Assembly: GCF_006345805.1 (NCBI RefSeq)
Contig: NC_043007.1
Location: 38,874,001 to 38,938,000, forward strand
Direction of reading: 5' to 3'
DNA length: 64,000 nucleotides
DNA from: Octopus sinensis
Taxonomy: Eukaryota
Below are positions 61,214 to 64,000 of the stretch, piece after piece; within the stretch, counting starts at the first letter, position 1, and the number at the start of each line of letters is the position of its first letter. A program made the translations under genes and the position numbers. The notes under the pieces were generated by a model. It was not told the origin of the DNA. It made no database searches and saw only the letters and a list, made by a program, of their open reading frames with translations.

Positions 61214-61615
61214 TACTCTTTACTCTTTTACTTGTTTCAGTCATTTGACTGTGGCCATGCTGGAGCACCGCCTTTAGTCGAGCAAATCGACCCCAGGACT
61301 TATTCTTTGAAAGCCTGGTACTTATTTTATTGGTCTCTGTTGCTGAACCGCTAAGTTACGGGGGATGTAAACACACCAGCATCGGTTGTCAAGCAATGTC
61401 GAGGGGACAAACACAGACACACAAACATACACACACATACACACATATATATACATATATACGATGGGCTTCTTTCAGTTTCCATCTACCAAATCCGCTC
61501 ACAAGGCTTTGGTCAGCCCAAGGCTATAGTAGAAGACACTTTGCTCAAGGTGCCAAGCAGTGGGACTGAACCTGGTTGGTAAGCAAGCTACTTACCACAC
61601 AGCCACTCCTGCGCC
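61214..61615 (-). mobile_element. SINE family A, full length
   Basis: Matches the consensus. Confidence 0.87.
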
Positions 61616-61965
61616 TACTTAGCTTTAGTGTCTTTTTCGCTATAGTGCCTATGTAGCTATTGTACCTATACAACTTCAGAGCCTATGCAGTCTTTGTGTA
61701 GGTATAGCGTCTCTGTAGCTTTAGAACCTAAGTAGCTATAGTCTCCATATTCTATTGTGCCTTGTAGCTAATAGTGTATACATATCTATAACATTTATTA
61801 GTACTTATGTAGCTATAGTGTCTCTGAAGCTACAGTGTCTGTATAGCTAAATGACACTGTTTATATTGTTGTTATTGTTCAACTCCAGATTAGCATTTAT
61901 TGAAATTATGATCATTGACATTCCACTCATGACTATCCTGTCTTTTGTATACCAGGGACTATACT

Positions 61966-62203
61966 AAGGCGGGAAGCTGGCAGAAACGTTAGCATGCCAG
62001 GCAAAATGCTTAGCGGTATTTTGTCTACTGTTACGTTCTGAGTTCAAATTCCTCCGAGGTCGACTTTGCTTTTCATCCTTTTGGGGTTGATAAATTAAGT
62101 ACTGTACCAGTTATGCACTGGGGTCGATGTAATTGACTTAATCCCTTTGTCTGTCCTTGTTTGTCCCCTCTACGTTTAGCCCCTTGTGGGCAATAAAGAA
62201 ATA
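61966..62203 (+). mobile_element. SINE family B, full length
   Basis: 12-bp TSD AGGGACTATACT (61954-61965 and 62204-62215). Confidence 0.88.
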
Positions 62204-62479
62204 AGGGACTATACTGTATCATATGTTCTTCCCTTTTTAGTATAATAGGATGTGAGCTGAAGGAAATGTGGCCACTCTTACAAACACCTCAATAAACTAC
62301 ACAGAAACCCCTTAGCTGGCTTATCTGCACATGTTGGTAGAATCATTAGATCTTTAGATAGAATGCCTCAGGGTATTTGTTCTGACACACTACACCCAAG
62401 GTTCAAATCCTGTTGAAGTCAACTTTACAACTTTTCAGTGTCGATAAAAATGTACCAATCCACAGCATTAGATCAACAA

Positions 62480-62806
62480 GTGAGGGCGCGTGGCTTAGTG
62501 GTTAGGGCATTCGGCTCATGATCGTAAGGTTGTGAGTTCAATTCCCGGCGACGCGTTGTGACCTTGAGCAAGACACTTTATTTCACGTTGCTCCAGTCCA
62601 CTCAGCTGGCAAAAATGAGTTGTACTTGTATTTCAAAGGGTCAGCCTTGTCACTCTCTGTGTCACGCTGATTATCCCCGAGAACTACGTTAAGGGTACAC
62701 GTGTCTGTGGAATGCTCAGCCATTTGCACGTTAATTTCACGAGCAAGCTGTTCCGTTGATCGTATCAGCTGGGACCCTCGTCGTCGTAACCGGCGGAGTC
62801 TTTTTT
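62480..62806 (+). mobile_element. SINE family D (tRNA-derived, CpG-rich, T-tract end)
   Basis: A box TGGCTTAGTGG, B box GAGTTCAATTCCC, CORE-like GTGACCTTGAGCAAG. 12-bp TSD TTAGATCAACAA (62468-62479 and 62807-62818). Confidence 0.85.
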
Positions 62807-63371
62807 TTAGATCAACAAAACTTTTGGAGGGTCAGGTTAGGTGTCTTATCGTATTATTTCCGGCTATTTTGCATTCTGACAACAATGCCTGTAATGACGA
62901 TGGTGCCAAGATACATTGGTCAAAATTGGTAGTTTTTTTGTCTGGATAAGCATTGGTAGCAGTGGCATAGCTAATAGAGGAGACAGGGAAGTGACTACCA
63001 GCAATGAGCAGATCTTTCAAAATAAATACCTTTTCAACAATTTTTTTTTAGTTCTTTAGTTCACTTGTGTGATAGAAATCGAATCTCTTTTTCCTTTTTG
63101 TTAATTGCATGGCCATGAAAGAATGTTCTGGATTCATTACTTTATTTGGCTAACCTTCCGTGTTTTTGAACTGTCGGTCCAATCGCCTGTGATGAATTAT
63201 TGGCCACTGACACCTGAAGATCCAAAACAAACCCTGATGTCATGACCTCTTAACACAGGGTGATACCGTGGAATCTTATCCTTTTCATGTCACACCTATA
63301 TTGGTAGTTGTAAATTTTATGTGAAATCACGTTGTTACTGAAACATGACATTAACGAATGTGGAATGCAAT

Positions 63372-64000
63372 TCATCATCATCATCATTTAACGTCTGCCT
63401 TCCATGCTGGTTGCTTTTTACATGCCACTGGCACTAGGGCCAGTCAGGCTTAAATGGTGCTTTTTATATGCCAGTGATATGGGAGCCAGTCAGGCAGAAT
63501 TGACAATGACCACACTCGAATGGTGCTTTTTACATGCCACTGGCATGGGTGCCGGTCAGGTGGTACTGGCAATGACCATGCTTGAATGGTCTTTTTATGT
63601 GCCACCAGCATGGGAGCCAGTCAGGTGGTACTGGCAATGACCATGCTCAAATGGTGTTTTTACGTGCCACTGGCATGAGTGCCAGTCAGGCAGAACTGGC
63701 AATGACCATGCTCGAATGGTACTTTTTATGTGCCACTAGCACGGGAGCCAGTCAGGCACTACTGGCAATGACCACACTTGAATGGTGCTTTTTACGTGCC
63801 ACCGGCATGGGTGCCAATAAGGTGGTACTGGCAATGACCATGCTTAAATGGTGCTTTTTATGTGCCACTGGCATGGGTGCCAGTCAGGCGGTACTGGCAA
63901 TGACTACGCTTGAATGGTGCTTTTTACGTGCCACCAGCATGGGAGCCAGTCAGGTGGTACTAACAATGAACATGCTTGAATGGTCCTTTTTACGTGCCAC
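63372..64000 (-). mobile_element. RTE LINE 3' end with an expanded 65-66 bp tandem array (runs off the window)
   Basis: (CAT)n tail at 63372, then GTGCCAC anchors at 63534, 63599, 63664, 63730, 63796, 63862, 63928 and 63994. Confidence 0.88.

Noticed and set aside
62482-62560. tRNA gene (also the heads at 18470-18540 and 36507-36567)
   Set aside because: A and B boxes are present but there is no closing acceptor stem. The sequence continues into a SINE body with a TSD.
62832-63020. 62-aa ORF as an exon
   Set aside because: The DNA is homologous to the reverse complement of 50370-50470, so it is a dispersed repeat.
63420-64000. CRISPR-like array
   Set aside because: Units are repeated along their whole length with no unique spacers, they belong to a LINE 3' UTR, and there are no cas genes in this animal DNA.

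Overview
AT-rich, microsatellite-dense animal genomic DNA. The repeat set (tRNA-derived SINEs with internal microsatellites, RTE LINEs, Tc1/mariner, Penelope-like elements) suggests an octopus or other coleoid cephalopod, which is an inference. There is one clear protein-coding gene: an intact TBC1D19 orthologue on the minus strand (5090-6655) with no intron in its CDS, a probable 5'-UTR intron and a canonical RFX X-box upstream. The rest is mostly transposable elements: about 19 copies of one SINE family (my label A), many copies of a second (B, including multimers), further SINE families (C-F), RTE LINE 3' fragments, a Penelope-like endonuclease remnant, an R4/Dong-like endonuclease remnant, Tc1 and mariner derivatives, hAT/piggyBac/other MITEs and Helitron-like elements. 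The best leads are: (1) a TSD-flanked element joining a tRNA-like head to a hammerhead-ribozyme-bearing, Penelope-style inverted-duplicated tail (36304-36717), i.e. a candidate SINE mobilised by Penelope-like elements; (2) a C4HC3 PHD-type finger inside the RT region of an RTE LINE; (3) a variable-copy double-hairpin tandem array in the RTE 3' UTR; (4) a 51-bp hairpin whose non-Watson-Crick pairs are all G-U on the + strand; (5) SINE multimers with an identical junction at independent loci. All coordinates and counts were read by hand. Family labels A-G are mine, and no database search was possible.
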